The notes below the pieces were generated by a model that was not told the DNA's origin, searched no databases, and saw nothing but the letters and a program-made list of their open reading frames with translations. From positions 20,208 through 84,207 of the forward strand of contig JAVBPE010000018.1 in assembly GCA_031549865.1 (NCBI GenBank): a stretch of 64,000 nt of DNA, in the 5' to 3' direction. Positions 43,951 to 53,172 of the stretch are shown here, piece after piece (position 1 is the first letter of the stretch; the number at the start of each line of letters is the position of its first letter). The DNA comes from Anaeroplasmataceae bacterium. GTDB taxonomy: Bacteria > Bacillota_I > Bacilli_A > Acholeplasmatales > Anaeroplasmataceae. Both the position numbers and the translations under genes were made by a program.

Positions 43951-44378
43951 TGAAAGCTAAAGAATATTTAAGCAGACCACACTATATGGAAATAAGGGTA
44001 AAACAAATGCAAGCAGAGATAGCTGAATATAAAAGATTAGCTTCTTCAATTCCTGGATGTAGTTTTGATAGGATACTTGTTGATGGAACAAGACAAAACG
44101 ATGCGCCGTTTGTTAAATGGATATATAAAGCAATTGACCGAGAAAAACAAATGAATGAGCTAATTAATAAATTACCGTTTGTTAAAGGTGAAACTATCTC
44201 AGTTATAGACGAGATTGAAAATTCAGATTACAAAATGGTTTTGCTGTACAAATACATAGATTGGTTAAGTTGGAGTGAGATTGCATCAAAAATGTATTAT
44301 TCAACTGCAACAATTAGAAGATGGCACGATAAGGCAATAACGCTAATTAAAGTATCAATAAAAAATGAGCAGGTATGA
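43950..44378 (+). CDS. Phage late-gene transcriptional activator (DUF1492/ArpU-RinA-like, sigma r4-type HTH)
   Basis: 'MVLLYKYIDWLSWSEIASKMYYSTATIRRWHDKAITLI'. Sits just upstream of the packaging module. Confidence 0.65.
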   Translation: MKAKEYLSRPHYMEIRVKQMQAEIAEYKRLASSIPGCSFDRILVDGTRQNDAPFVKWIYKAIDREKQMNELINKLPFVKGETISVIDEIENSDYKMVLLYKYIDWLSWSEIASKMYYSTATIRRWHDKAITLIKVSIKNEQV

Positions 44379-44526
44379 GCAAGGCTGAATAATTGTGAGA
44401 TTGTCAAGAGTGTGATATCATTATAATAGGCGAAAGCTATAGATAATGCAGGCTCTGGAGGAGAAATCTTCGAGGGCTTTTTTAATGCAAAAATCAAGGA
44501 AACTTGTTAGGTTTCCTGATCTTAGA

Positions 44527-44718
44527 CTACTGTTCAAGAGATTTAATTTCTTGAGAATCTTTAATTTGATTCACTTTTGAAATTAACCACTTAGCAATTG
44601 CTCTTAGTTGGCTATGACTAACTTTCAGAATAACATTATCGTTATGCTGAAGGTAACAAGCGTCAAAGTCAGCTTTGATAGCATAGTTCTTAATCTTGAG
44701 CTCAAAGATTGTGTTCAT
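44527..44718 (-). CDS. Hypothetical 63-aa protein (the only minus-strand gene in the phage region)
   Basis: aaggag RBS 8 nt upstream on the minus strand. Downstream hairpin aggaaac/gtttcct plus a T run on the minus strand. Locally AT-rich. Confidence 0.5.
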   Translation of the reverse strand: MNTIFELKIKNYAIKADFDACYLQHNDNVILKVSHSQLRAIAKWLISKVNQIKDSQEIKSLEQ

Positions 44719-44843
44719 TTGAAATTTCTCCTTTCAATTATTAGGGCGAACATATCGCTCTATAATAGGCCTTGTAAATTCTGCGAATGCTCTCCATTAC
44801 AGTAGTTATAAAAAATGCGAGACAATATAAGGAGGTTCTGAAT

Positions 44844-45197
44844 ATGCCTTACAAAGCAAAAAAGCCTTGCGCTATGCAAGGTTGTCCTAACTTAACAAAT
44901 GAAGCTTATTGCGAAACGCATAAAGCTTTAAGACAAAAACAATACGATCAATTTAATAGAACTCCAGATCATGACAAAAAGTATGGTAACAATTGGCGCA
45001 GGATTAGAAACATTTATGTAAAGCACCATCCAGTATGTGAACGCTGCTTAAAGGAAGGACGAGTTACTCCGGTTGAGGAAGTGCATCACATTGTACCGTT
45101 ATCAAGTGGAGGAAATAATAAGTTCACTAACCTGATGTCTCTGTGTCAGTCTTGTCATACTAAAACTCATTACGAACTTGGTGACAGGAATGGGTAG
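44844..45197 (+). CDS. HNH endonuclease (packaging-associated)
   Basis: I prefer the ATG at 44844 (aaggagg RBS). 'HHIVPLSSGGNN ... NLMSLCQSCHTKTH' is an HNH motif. Cys-rich N-terminus. Confidence 0.85.
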   Translation: MPYKAKKPCAMQGCPNLTNEAYCETHKALRQKQYDQFNRTPDHDKKYGNNWRRIRNIYVKHHPVCERCLKEGRVTPVEEVHHIVPLSSGGNNKFTNLMSLCQSCHTKTHYELGDRNG

Positions 45198-45341
45198 GGG
45201 GATGCAAATCTCTAAAGAAGTTTATATAAACACCGAGCGTGGGGTTTCGTGCGAATTTTTTTCATTTCAAAGGGGGTATTAACCTTTGAGATATCTACAA
45301 AATATGATATAATTTTGTTAATTGAAAAGAGGATATTTATA

Positions 45342-46133
45342 ATGAAATTAATAACTGATACGAAGCAAATAATTGAATACTTAAAATTAAATCAACATAC
45401 TAATATTGTTCCGTTTGATACAAGTTATTTTGGATGCACTCACATGTCTGATATAGCACTTATAGATGAGGCTCTGAAAAAATTAGATCAAGATAAGATT
45501 CTAATATATAATGGAAAAGATATACAGTTTAATATCAGTGATATTCTTAAATATGAAGAATTCTATAATGTAAGAATGGAATTGGATAAACTTTATTGGT
45601 TCTTAATGCAATCATTAAGCGATGCTTATTGTGTCAAGCACTTTAAGCAAGTTAAGTTTACTACTTACATTACTAGAGAGGTAATGAATTCTTGTATTTA
45701 TAATTTTTCTTCTGTTGTTTCCATAGCAATTAATAAAATTTTTAAAGATAATAATGGAAAGTACAAAATAGAAGACATTGCATCTACAGTCAGAAAATAT
45801 TTAAAGAATTACCTGCTAACAAATGATTTGAAAACTGCAAAAACATTGAAAACTAATTTTTCGACATTTTCAGCAAGTGTTAATAATAAGATACAAGATT
45901 TCAATGATTATAGAGATACACTTTTTGCACATAGTGATAAGGATATAATGTTAAAGGTAGAAAATGTTGACATTAATTCCGCAACGGATATTTTGAAGAA
46001 ATGCTTAGATTATTGTGTTTCGCTTATTAATCTAATTGATGATAATAAAATATCGAATGAGCATATAGAAAACGAACTTAAGGATCGTGATTTAAAAGCT
46101 AATTATTTTTCAGCACAACTTATCAGAAAGTAA
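45342..46133 (+). CDS. Hypothetical low-GC accessory protein with an R-x4-H (HEPN-like) motif
   Basis: I prefer the ATG at 45342 (agagga RBS). 'YRDTLFAHSDKD' lies at 45912-45932. The gene is much more AT-rich than the flanking phage genes. Confidence 0.5.
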   Translation: MKLITDTKQIIEYLKLNQHTNIVPFDTSYFGCTHMSDIALIDEALKKLDQDKILIYNGKDIQFNISDILKYEEFYNVRMELDKLYWFLMQSLSDAYCVKHFKQVKFTTYITREVMNSCIYNFSSVVSIAINKIFKDNNGKYKIEDIASTVRKYLKNYLLTNDLKTAKTLKTNFSTFSASVNNKIQDFNDYRDTLFAHSDKDIMLKVENVDINSATDILKKCLDYCVSLINLIDDNKISNEHIENELKDRDLKANYFSAQLIRK

Positions 46134-46202
46134 TAGAATAAACAACAATAAGGCTCACAGAAATGTGGGCTTTTATTATGCCAAAAATCAGGAGGTGGTT
46201 AG

Positions 46203-46742
46203 ATGGCAAAAGACGGAACAGCAAGAGGTGGTGCCAGAATCGGTAGTGGTAAGAAACCAACCACCAAAAAGAAAACCGAAATATTAAATACTGCCTTTGC
46301 TGATGTAGAAGATTTTGCTGCACCTGACGATATTATTGGTGTAGACGTTCCACCGATAAAGGATTACTTAAAATCAAAGCAAAAAAACGGTAAAGATTTT
46401 TATGCGGAAGAAATCTACAACACAACATTTCTTTGGCTTAAGAAAAGAGGTTGTGAAAAACTTATAAGCATTCAACTTTTAGAACAATATACGATGTCAG
46501 TTTCACGATGGATTCAGTGTGAAGAAGCAATATCTGAATTTGGATTTTTAGCAAAGCATCCAACAACCGGTAATGCAATAGCCAGTCCATACGTGCAAAT
46601 GAGCCAAGCATATATGAAGCAAATTACTCAGGTATGGTATCAGATTTATCAAGTTATAAAAGATAACGGAAATGCAGATATCGACGAACTTGATCCACAA
46701 GATATTATGATGGAAAAGTTATTGAAAACAAAACGAGAATAG
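46203..46742 (+). CDS. Terminase small subunit, P27 family
   Basis: Gly/Lys-rich N-terminus 'GGARIGSGKKP', with helical 'LEQYTMSVSRWIQCEEAISEFG' and 'NAIASPYVQM'. Partnered with HNH as in HNH/cos phages. Confidence 0.7.
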   Translation: MAKDGTARGGARIGSGKKPTTKKKTEILNTAFADVEDFAAPDDIIGVDVPPIKDYLKSKQKNGKDFYAEEIYNTTFLWLKKRGCEKLISIQLLEQYTMSVSRWIQCEEAISEFGFLAKHPTTGNAIASPYVQMSQAYMKQITQVWYQIYQVIKDNGNADIDELDPQDIMMEKLLKTKRE

Positions 46743-46752
46743 GAGAAATAAA

Positions 46753-47790
46753 ATGAGATTATTTTCAACAGAACAAATAAGTAAATATCACCCAGATAAA
46801 TACGCAGACCAAATAAGCGATGCAATATTAACTGAGTGTTTATCGCAAGACGAAAATAGCCATTGCGGAATCGAAACAATGGTAAAAGATAACACAGTTG
46901 TACTAGGTGGCGAAATAACATCAAATGCTGTTGTAGATTATGAAGAAGTTGTAAAGAGAGTTGCAAACAAACTAGGCTACTCGGTAGATAAGATAATTAA
47001 CTTAATTGGTAAGCAATCGCAAGAGATTAACAAAGCAGTGGAGTCAGATATAGAAATTGGCGCTGGTGATCAAGGGACAATGTTTGGTTATGCTACAAGT
47101 GAAACGGCATCTAAATTGCCTTTTGGCTTTGACTTAGCAAACAAGATTATAAAAGAAATAGAAATTGATGTGGAATTAAACCCCGATACGATATTAGTTG
47201 GCGATGCAAAAACACAAGTCACTGTTGACTTAGATAAAGAACCCGACATTAATTCTGTTGTCAGCGTTTTAGTTTCAGTTTGTCACAAAGAGCATGTTGG
47301 TATTGATAGTGTCAAAGATTATGTCAAAGCAATTATATCAAGATTGTTTGAAGGTTATGAAGTACCTGAATTAATAATCAACCCAAGTGGCTTATGGAAG
47401 ATTGGTGGACCAACTGCCGATTGTGGCTTGACAGGTCGAAAGATTGTGTGTGACCAATATGGAGGATACTGCGCAGTTGGTGGTGGCGCATTTTCTGGTA
47501 AAGATCCAAGTAAGGTTGATAGAAGTGCATCATATATGGCGAGATACATTGCTTGTAATTTACTAGAAGTTCATAAGCTTAAGTGGTGCGAGGTTCAACT
47601 GGCATATGCTATTGGTATTTCTGAGCCTGTATCAATTTCTATCAAGAATGATCGTGGATTAGATTTAGTAAATGAAGTAAGAAGTACTTATCCATTAACC
47701 CCAAGAGGAATTATCAATAAGCTTGGACTTTTAACTAAAGATTATGAAAAGATAGCTGAAGGTTGCCACTACAGAGAGGATGCAATATGA
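46753..47790 (+). CDS. metK: S-adenosylmethionine synthetase (compact phage-encoded MetK)
   Basis: 'YHPDKYADQISDAIL', 'GAGDQGTMFGYA', 'GGPTADCGLTGRKIV' and 'GGGAFSGKDPSKVDRSASYMARY' follow the MetK motifs in order. 345 aa. Confidence 0.9.
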   Translation: MRLFSTEQISKYHPDKYADQISDAILTECLSQDENSHCGIETMVKDNTVVLGGEITSNAVVDYEEVVKRVANKLGYSVDKIINLIGKQSQEINKAVESDIEIGAGDQGTMFGYATSETASKLPFGFDLANKIIKEIEIDVELNPDTILVGDAKTQVTVDLDKEPDINSVVSVLVSVCHKEHVGIDSVKDYVKAIISRLFEGYEVPELIINPSGLWKIGGPTADCGLTGRKIVCDQYGGYCAVGGGAFSGKDPSKVDRSASYMARYIACNLLEVHKLKWCEVQLAYAIGISEPVSISIKNDRGLDLVNEVRSTYPLTPRGIINKLGLLTKDYEKIAEGCHYREDAI

Positions 47791-49046
47791 AAACAACAAC
47801 ACAAATGTCACTAATAAGTGTTGATAAATTAATTCCGTATATTAACAATGCAAGGACGCATTCGCCTGAACAAATAAAGAAATTGCGTTCAAGCATACGT
47901 GAGTTTGGGTTCATTAACCCAGTAATAATTGATAAAGATTGCAATATCATAGCTGGACATGGTAGAGTGCTTGCCGCTAAGGACGAAGGAATAAGTGAAG
48001 TTCCTTGTGTACTTGTAGATTACTTAACTGATGCGCAAAAGAAAGCTTACATATTAGCGGATAATCGAATGGCATTAGATGCCGGTTGGGATGAAGAATT
48101 ATTAAAGGTAGAACTTGAATCACTTGAAGGTGAAGCATTTGATTTATCACTTACAGGGTTTGATACCAAAGAAATATCTGATCTTTTTAAGATAGATAGT
48201 GAAGTTGAAGATGATGATTACGATTTATCAAAAGCTCTAGAAAAAGCAGCCTTTGTTGAAAAAGGTGATAGATGGATTGTTGGAAGACACGTTCTTTATT
48301 GTGGTGATGCCACAAGTGAAGAAGATGTTAACAAAATGATGGATGGCAAAAAAGCAAATCTTATCTTGACTGATCCACCTTATGGAGTTAGTTTTAAATC
48401 TGCTAGTGGACTAACCATAAAAAACGATTCAATGAAAAATGAGGAATTTTACAACTTCTTACTTGCAGCATTTAAGAATATGGTTAATAACTCAGAGGCA
48501 GGAGTAAGTGCATATGTTTTTCATGCTGACACAGAAGGTTTGAACTTTAGATCAGCGTTTGTAAATGCAGGATTGCATCTTGCAGGATGTTGCATTTGGG
48601 TAAAGGACAGTCTAGTACTCGGAAGGTCAGATTACCAGTGGCAACACGAGCCTTGCTTATTTGGCTTTCTACAAAACGGCAAACATAGTTGGTACTCAGA
48701 TAGAAAACAAACTACAATATGGAATTTCAAAAAGCCAAAGAGAAATGAAAATCACCCGACATCAAAACCACTTGACCTGCTTTCGTATCCGATTAAAAAT
48801 TCCTCACAAGAAAATGCAATAGTTGTAGATACCTTTGGAGGTTCTGGTTCAACGCTTATCGCTTGCGAGTTGTCTAATAGAATATGTTACACAATGGAAC
48901 TTGACGAGAAGTACGCATCGGTAATCCTAAGAAGATATGTAGAAAACACTAATGACATGGATGGTGTTTACTGTATCCGTAATGGTGCTAAGCATTCTTA
49001 TGATAGTTTAGTAAAGCAAGTTGAAAACCAAAACTTATCAAATTAG
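47787..49046 (+). CDS. ParB-like N-terminal domain fused to DNA methyltransferase (beta-class N6A/N4C)
   Basis: ATGA overlap with metK. 'IIAGHGRVLAA' is ParB/Srx-like. Motif IV 'LILTDPPYG' precedes motif I 'VVDTFGGSGST'. Confidence 0.85.
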   Translation: MKTTTQMSLISVDKLIPYINNARTHSPEQIKKLRSSIREFGFINPVIIDKDCNIIAGHGRVLAAKDEGISEVPCVLVDYLTDAQKKAYILADNRMALDAGWDEELLKVELESLEGEAFDLSLTGFDTKEISDLFKIDSEVEDDDYDLSKALEKAAFVEKGDRWIVGRHVLYCGDATSEEDVNKMMDGKKANLILTDPPYGVSFKSASGLTIKNDSMKNEEFYNFLLAAFKNMVNNSEAGVSAYVFHADTEGLNFRSAFVNAGLHLAGCCIWVKDSLVLGRSDYQWQHEPCLFGFLQNGKHSWYSDRKQTTIWNFKKPKRNENHPTSKPLDLLSYPIKNSSQENAIVVDTFGGSGSTLIACELSNRICYTMELDEKYASVILRRYVENTNDMDGVYCIRNGAKHSYDSLVKQVENQNLSN

Positions 49047-49126
49047 TATCAATTTGTTGTCGCAAATGACTTGCTATAATTTCGATTTAGAGTGATATAT
49101 ATACTACCTTTAAAGGAGGGCTATCT

Positions 49127-49516
49127 ATGAGAAAAGAACTATTAGAAAAAATTAAGAAAGAGTATCCAATAGGGACTAGAATAGAACTAGTTGAAATGAA
49201 CGATATTCAAGCGCCGCCAGTTGGAACAAAAGGTACAGTAAGAGGTGTTGACGATATTGGTTCAATTTTAGTAAATTGGGATAATGGCAGCACATTAAAC
49301 CTTTTTCACCAAGAAGACCTATGCAGGATAATCGAAAGGCTTTGTCCAAAATGTGGTAATCTTTATTCTGAACCACCGGCAATATCACGAGCGGATAATG
49401 AAACGCTTATTTGTCCGGAATGCGGCACGAGAGAATCTTTGGATAAACTAAGGATAAGCAAAGACAAGCAGGACAAATTGCTTTCGATGGCTGCAAAATT
49501 CAAAGAAAATAAGTAA
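49127..49516 (+). CDS. DUF4314-like protein with C-terminal zinc ribbon
   Basis: 'PPVGTKGTVRGVDDIGSILVNWDNGSTLNL' is DUF4314-like. 'CPKCG ... CPECG'. Confidence 0.55.
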   Translation: MRKELLEKIKKEYPIGTRIELVEMNDIQAPPVGTKGTVRGVDDIGSILVNWDNGSTLNLFHQEDLCRIIERLCPKCGNLYSEPPAISRADNETLICPECGTRESLDKLRISKDKQDKLLSMAAKFKENK

Positions 49517-49567
49517 ATAGCAAAAAGCAAGAGGATTCCATCGGGAGTCCTTTTCTCATAAATAAAC

Positions 49568-51178
49568 ATGGAGGTGGAGTTTTTGGGTAAACTGAAAAAG
49601 TATGTGCCTACCAAGTTCAAAGCCAAAAACTCCACATATAACAAATTGGCAGCAGATAGAGCTGTAAACTTTATTGAATCGTTAAAACATACTGATGGAG
49701 TTTGGTATAACATGCCATTTGAACTGCTGGCATGGCAAGAGCAAATTATAAGAGACGTTTTTGGAACGTTAAAACCTAATAATTATAGGCAATTTAATAC
49801 AGCCTACATTGAAATACCAAAGAAACAAGGAAAGAGCGAACTTGCTGCGGCAGTCGCTCTTTTACTTACTTGCGGAGATTTTGAAGAAGGTGCTCAAGTA
49901 TATGGATGTGCTGCCGATAGAAACCAAGCAAAAATTGTATTCAACGTAGCAAAGAAAATGATCATGCTCAATAAATATCTATCTAGGCATGTTAAGGTTT
50001 GCGAATCTAAAAACAGAATTGAATATGGAAATAGTTTTTATCAAGTGTTATCAGCTGAAGCTTACTCAAAGCATGGTTTCAATATTCATGGAGTTGTATT
50101 TGACGAACTACATGCTCAACCCAATAGAAAACTATTTGACGTTATGACCAAAGGATCAGGCGATGCCAGAAAGCAGCCTTTATTCTTTTTGATTACAACG
50201 GCTGGAGACGACACTAATTCAATTTGTTATGAAGTGCATCAAAAGGCTAAAGACATACTTGAAGGCAGAAAAATTGATCCAACATTTTATCCGGTTATAT
50301 ACGGTGCAAATGAAGACGATGATTGGACTAGTCCTGAAGTATGGAAGAAGTCAAATCCTAGTCTAGGAGTTACGGTTGACATAGAAAAAGTAAAAGATGC
50401 ATGTGAATCTGCAATGCAAAATCCAGCTGAAGAAAACACATTCAGACAGCTACGACTTAATCAATGGGTAAAGCAAGAAAAACGATGGATGCCAATGCTC
50501 AAATGGGATGCATGCAAAGTAGATTTCAATCCTAAAATGCTAGAAGGTCGAGTTTGTTATGGTGGACTAGATTTATCTTCCACTATGGATATTACCGCTT
50601 TTGTATTAGTGTTTCCTCCAACTGAAGAAGACGAAAAGTATTATGTTATTCCGTATTTTTGGATACCAGCAGAAAACATGTCGCAACGAGTAAATCGAGA
50701 CCACGTTCCCTATGATCTATGGGAAAGACAAGGACTTATCAATACAACAGAAGGAAATGTTATACATTACAGCTTTATCGAGCACTTCATTGACGAACTT
50801 GGCAAGAAGTACAACATAAAAGAAATAGCCTTTGATAGGTGGGGCGCTGTGCAAATGACTCAAAATCTAGAGACACTTGGTTTTACAGTTGTTCCATTCG
50901 GACAAGGGTTTAAGGATATGAGTCCACCAACAAAAGAGTTAATGACTCTTGTTGTTGGTAAAAAAATAGCACATGATGGTCACCTAGTCTTAAGATGGAT
51001 GATGGACAACATTTCAGTAAGAACTGATCCTGCTGGAAATGTAAAAATGGATAAGTCAAAATCAATAGAAAAAATTGATGGTGCAGTTGCAATGGTTATG
51101 GCACTAGATAGGGCGCTTAGAAATGCAAACAATACAACAGAATCGGTCTACGATAATCGTGGACTAATTTTTATTTAA
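49568..51178 (+). CDS. Terminase large subunit
   Basis: 'IEIPKKQGKSELAA' (Walker A-like) and 'VVFDELHAQP' (Walker B). C-terminal RNaseH-like nuclease. The start could instead be the TTG at 49583. Confidence 0.9.
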   Translation: MEVEFLGKLKKYVPTKFKAKNSTYNKLAADRAVNFIESLKHTDGVWYNMPFELLAWQEQIIRDVFGTLKPNNYRQFNTAYIEIPKKQGKSELAAAVALLLTCGDFEEGAQVYGCAADRNQAKIVFNVAKKMIMLNKYLSRHVKVCESKNRIEYGNSFYQVLSAEAYSKHGFNIHGVVFDELHAQPNRKLFDVMTKGSGDARKQPLFFLITTAGDDTNSICYEVHQKAKDILEGRKIDPTFYPVIYGANEDDDWTSPEVWKKSNPSLGVTVDIEKVKDACESAMQNPAEENTFRQLRLNQWVKQEKRWMPMLKWDACKVDFNPKMLEGRVCYGGLDLSSTMDITAFVLVFPPTEEDEKYYVIPYFWIPAENMSQRVNRDHVPYDLWERQGLINTTEGNVIHYSFIEHFIDELGKKYNIKEIAFDRWGAVQMTQNLETLGFTVVPFGQGFKDMSPPTKELMTLVVGKKIAHDGHLVLRWMMDNISVRTDPAGNVKMDKSKSIEKIDGAVAMVMALDRALRNANNTTESVYDNRGLIFI

Positions 51179-51189
51179 GGAGGATTTGA

Positions 51190-52506
51190 ATGGGATTATT
51201 TAGTAAAAGAGCAAGAGATAAGTCTAATGTAGAAAACAGGACGGTAGGAAGTTCGTATTCCTTCTATATGGGTAATTCAGCATCAGGTAAAGCAGTAACA
51301 GAAAGAAGTGCAATGCAAATGACCGCAGTATATGCCTGTGTAAGAATTTTATCTGAAGCTGTTGCAGAGTTGCCACTTCACTTTTATCGATATAAAGACA
51401 ATGGTGGTAAAGAAAAAGCGGTAGATAGCAACTTATATCATTTACTTCATGATGAGCCAAATCCCGAGATGAGTTCGTTTGTGTTTCGAGAAACACTTAT
51501 GACTCATCTTTTATTATGGGGTAATGCATACGCTCAAATTATACGAAATGGCAAAGGAGAGCTTGTTGCACTGTATCCTCTGATGCCAAATAAAATGACA
51601 GTGGATCGTGACGAAAATGGAAAGATTATATATATCTATCAAGGCTCTAAAGAGGAAGCCATCGCCTCAAAGCAGTCAATTGTATATTTGTCTTCGAAAG
51701 AAGTGCTACATATTCCTGGTCTTGGTTTTGATGGCTTGGTTGGTTACTCACCAATAGCAATGGCAAAAAATGCAATTGGGCTAGCTATTGCAGCTGAGGA
51801 ATACGGAAGTAAATTCTATGCAAATGGCGCAGCGCCTTCGGGAGTATTAGAGCATCCAGGGACAATAAAAGATCCTGCCAAGCTAAGAGAAAATTGGAAC
51901 TCCACATTTGGAGGTTCGTCAAACTCCGGTAAAGTTGCGGTCCTTGAAGAAGGTATGAAGTATACTGCAATTTCGATATCGCCTAACGAAGCACAGTTTT
52001 TAGAAACTAGAAAATTTCAAATCAATGAAATCGCTCGAATTTTTAGAGTTCCACCGCACATGGTTGGAGATCTTGAAAAATCGAGCTTTTCTAATATTGA
52101 GCAGCAGTCATTAGAGTTTGTTAAATACACACTTGATCCTTGGGTAATAAGGTGGGAACAAGCATTGTCTCGTTCGCTACTAAGCCACGAGGAGAAGAAA
52201 AAGTATTTTTTCAAATTTAATGTAGATGGACTACTTAGAGGTGATTACCAATCACGAATGAATGGATATTCTATTGGAATTCAAAATGGTTTCTTATCAC
52301 CGAATGACTGCAGAGATTTAGAAGGTATGGATTTGATTCCGAGTGAAGAAGGAGGAAATCAATACATGGTTAACGGCAACATGCTTCCGCTTAAAAGCGC
52401 AGGAGCTTATGCAAATTTAGAAAAGGAGGAAAATACCAATGAGAAAGTTTTGGAACTGGAAAAATCTGACGGACAATCCACAAGAAGAAAGAATCCTAGA
52501 ACTTAA
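51190..52506 (+). CDS. Portal protein, HK97 family
   Basis: 'MTAVYACVRILSEAVAELPL', 'GNAYAQI' and 'FLETRKFQINEIARIFRVPPHMVG' are typical of HK97-type portals. Confidence 0.85.
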   Translation: MGLFSKRARDKSNVENRTVGSSYSFYMGNSASGKAVTERSAMQMTAVYACVRILSEAVAELPLHFYRYKDNGGKEKAVDSNLYHLLHDEPNPEMSSFVFRETLMTHLLLWGNAYAQIIRNGKGELVALYPLMPNKMTVDRDENGKIIYIYQGSKEEAIASKQSIVYLSSKEVLHIPGLGFDGLVGYSPIAMAKNAIGLAIAAEEYGSKFYANGAAPSGVLEHPGTIKDPAKLRENWNSTFGGSSNSGKVAVLEEGMKYTAISISPNEAQFLETRKFQINEIARIFRVPPHMVGDLEKSSFSNIEQQSLEFVKYTLDPWVIRWEQALSRSLLSHEEKKKYFFKFNVDGLLRGDYQSRMNGYSIGIQNGFLSPNDCRDLEGMDLIPSEEGGNQYMVNGNMLPLKSAGAYANLEKEENTNEKVLELEKSDGQSTRRKNPRT

Positions 52507-53158
52507 TGGTACGATCGCAGACGAGAGTTGGTTCGGTGACGAAGTGACACCACGAATGTTCAAAGACGAGTTGTTTAAAGGATCAGGACCAATAACAATC
52601 TGGATTAATAGTCCAGGTGGAGACTGCATCGCAGCTAGTCAAATTTATTCAATGCTTATGGATTACAAAGGTGAAGTTACAGTCAAGATTGACGGAATTG
52701 CGGCAAGTGCAGCATCGGTTATTGCTATGGCTGGAACAAAAATCTTAATGGCACCCACAGCGCTACTAATGATTCATAATCCAATGACGACAGCGATGGG
52801 TGATTATCGGGATATGAAACAAGCCATTTCATTACTTAGCGAAGTAAAAGAATCAATCATAAATGCCTATGAAATAAAGACTGGTATGTCTCGTGGAAGT
52901 CTTGCTCATTTGATGGATGCAGAAACTTGGATGAATGCAAATAAGGCAATTGAGCTAGGTTTTGCTGATGGATTATTACAAGACGAAAAGATGTCTAGTG
53001 TAATAACACCGGCATTTGCTTTCTCAACTCATGAGTATGCAACAAATCTACTTAACAAGATAGTAGATAAAACGAAGGTTGAGCCTACAACTATAAAAGA
53101 AGGCAGAAATATCAACGAGCTTAAAAATAAGCTAAACACAATTAAAAATTATATTTAA
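52439..53158 (+). CDS. Prohead maturation protease (ClpP/S14-like)
   Basis: aaggagg RBS. 'INSPGGD', 'GIAASAASVIAMAG' and 'LMIHNP' are ClpP-like. Overlaps the portal 3' end by 68 nt. Confidence 0.85.
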   Translation: MRKFWNWKNLTDNPQEERILELNGTIADESWFGDEVTPRMFKDELFKGSGPITIWINSPGGDCIAASQIYSMLMDYKGEVTVKIDGIAASAASVIAMAGTKILMAPTALLMIHNPMTTAMGDYRDMKQAISLLSEVKESIINAYEIKTGMSRGSLAHLMDAETWMNANKAIELGFADGLLQDEKMSSVITPAFAFSTHEYATNLLNKIVDKTKVEPTTIKEGRNINELKNKLNTIKNYI

Positions 53159-53172
53159 TGGAGGAAAGAAAA

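Noticed and set aside
52439-52506. 68-nt portal/protease overlap as a possible frameshift or sequencing error
   Set aside because: The protease ATG has a strong aaggagg RBS and both frames give full-length family-typical proteins. Overlaps of this kind are common in compact phage head modules.
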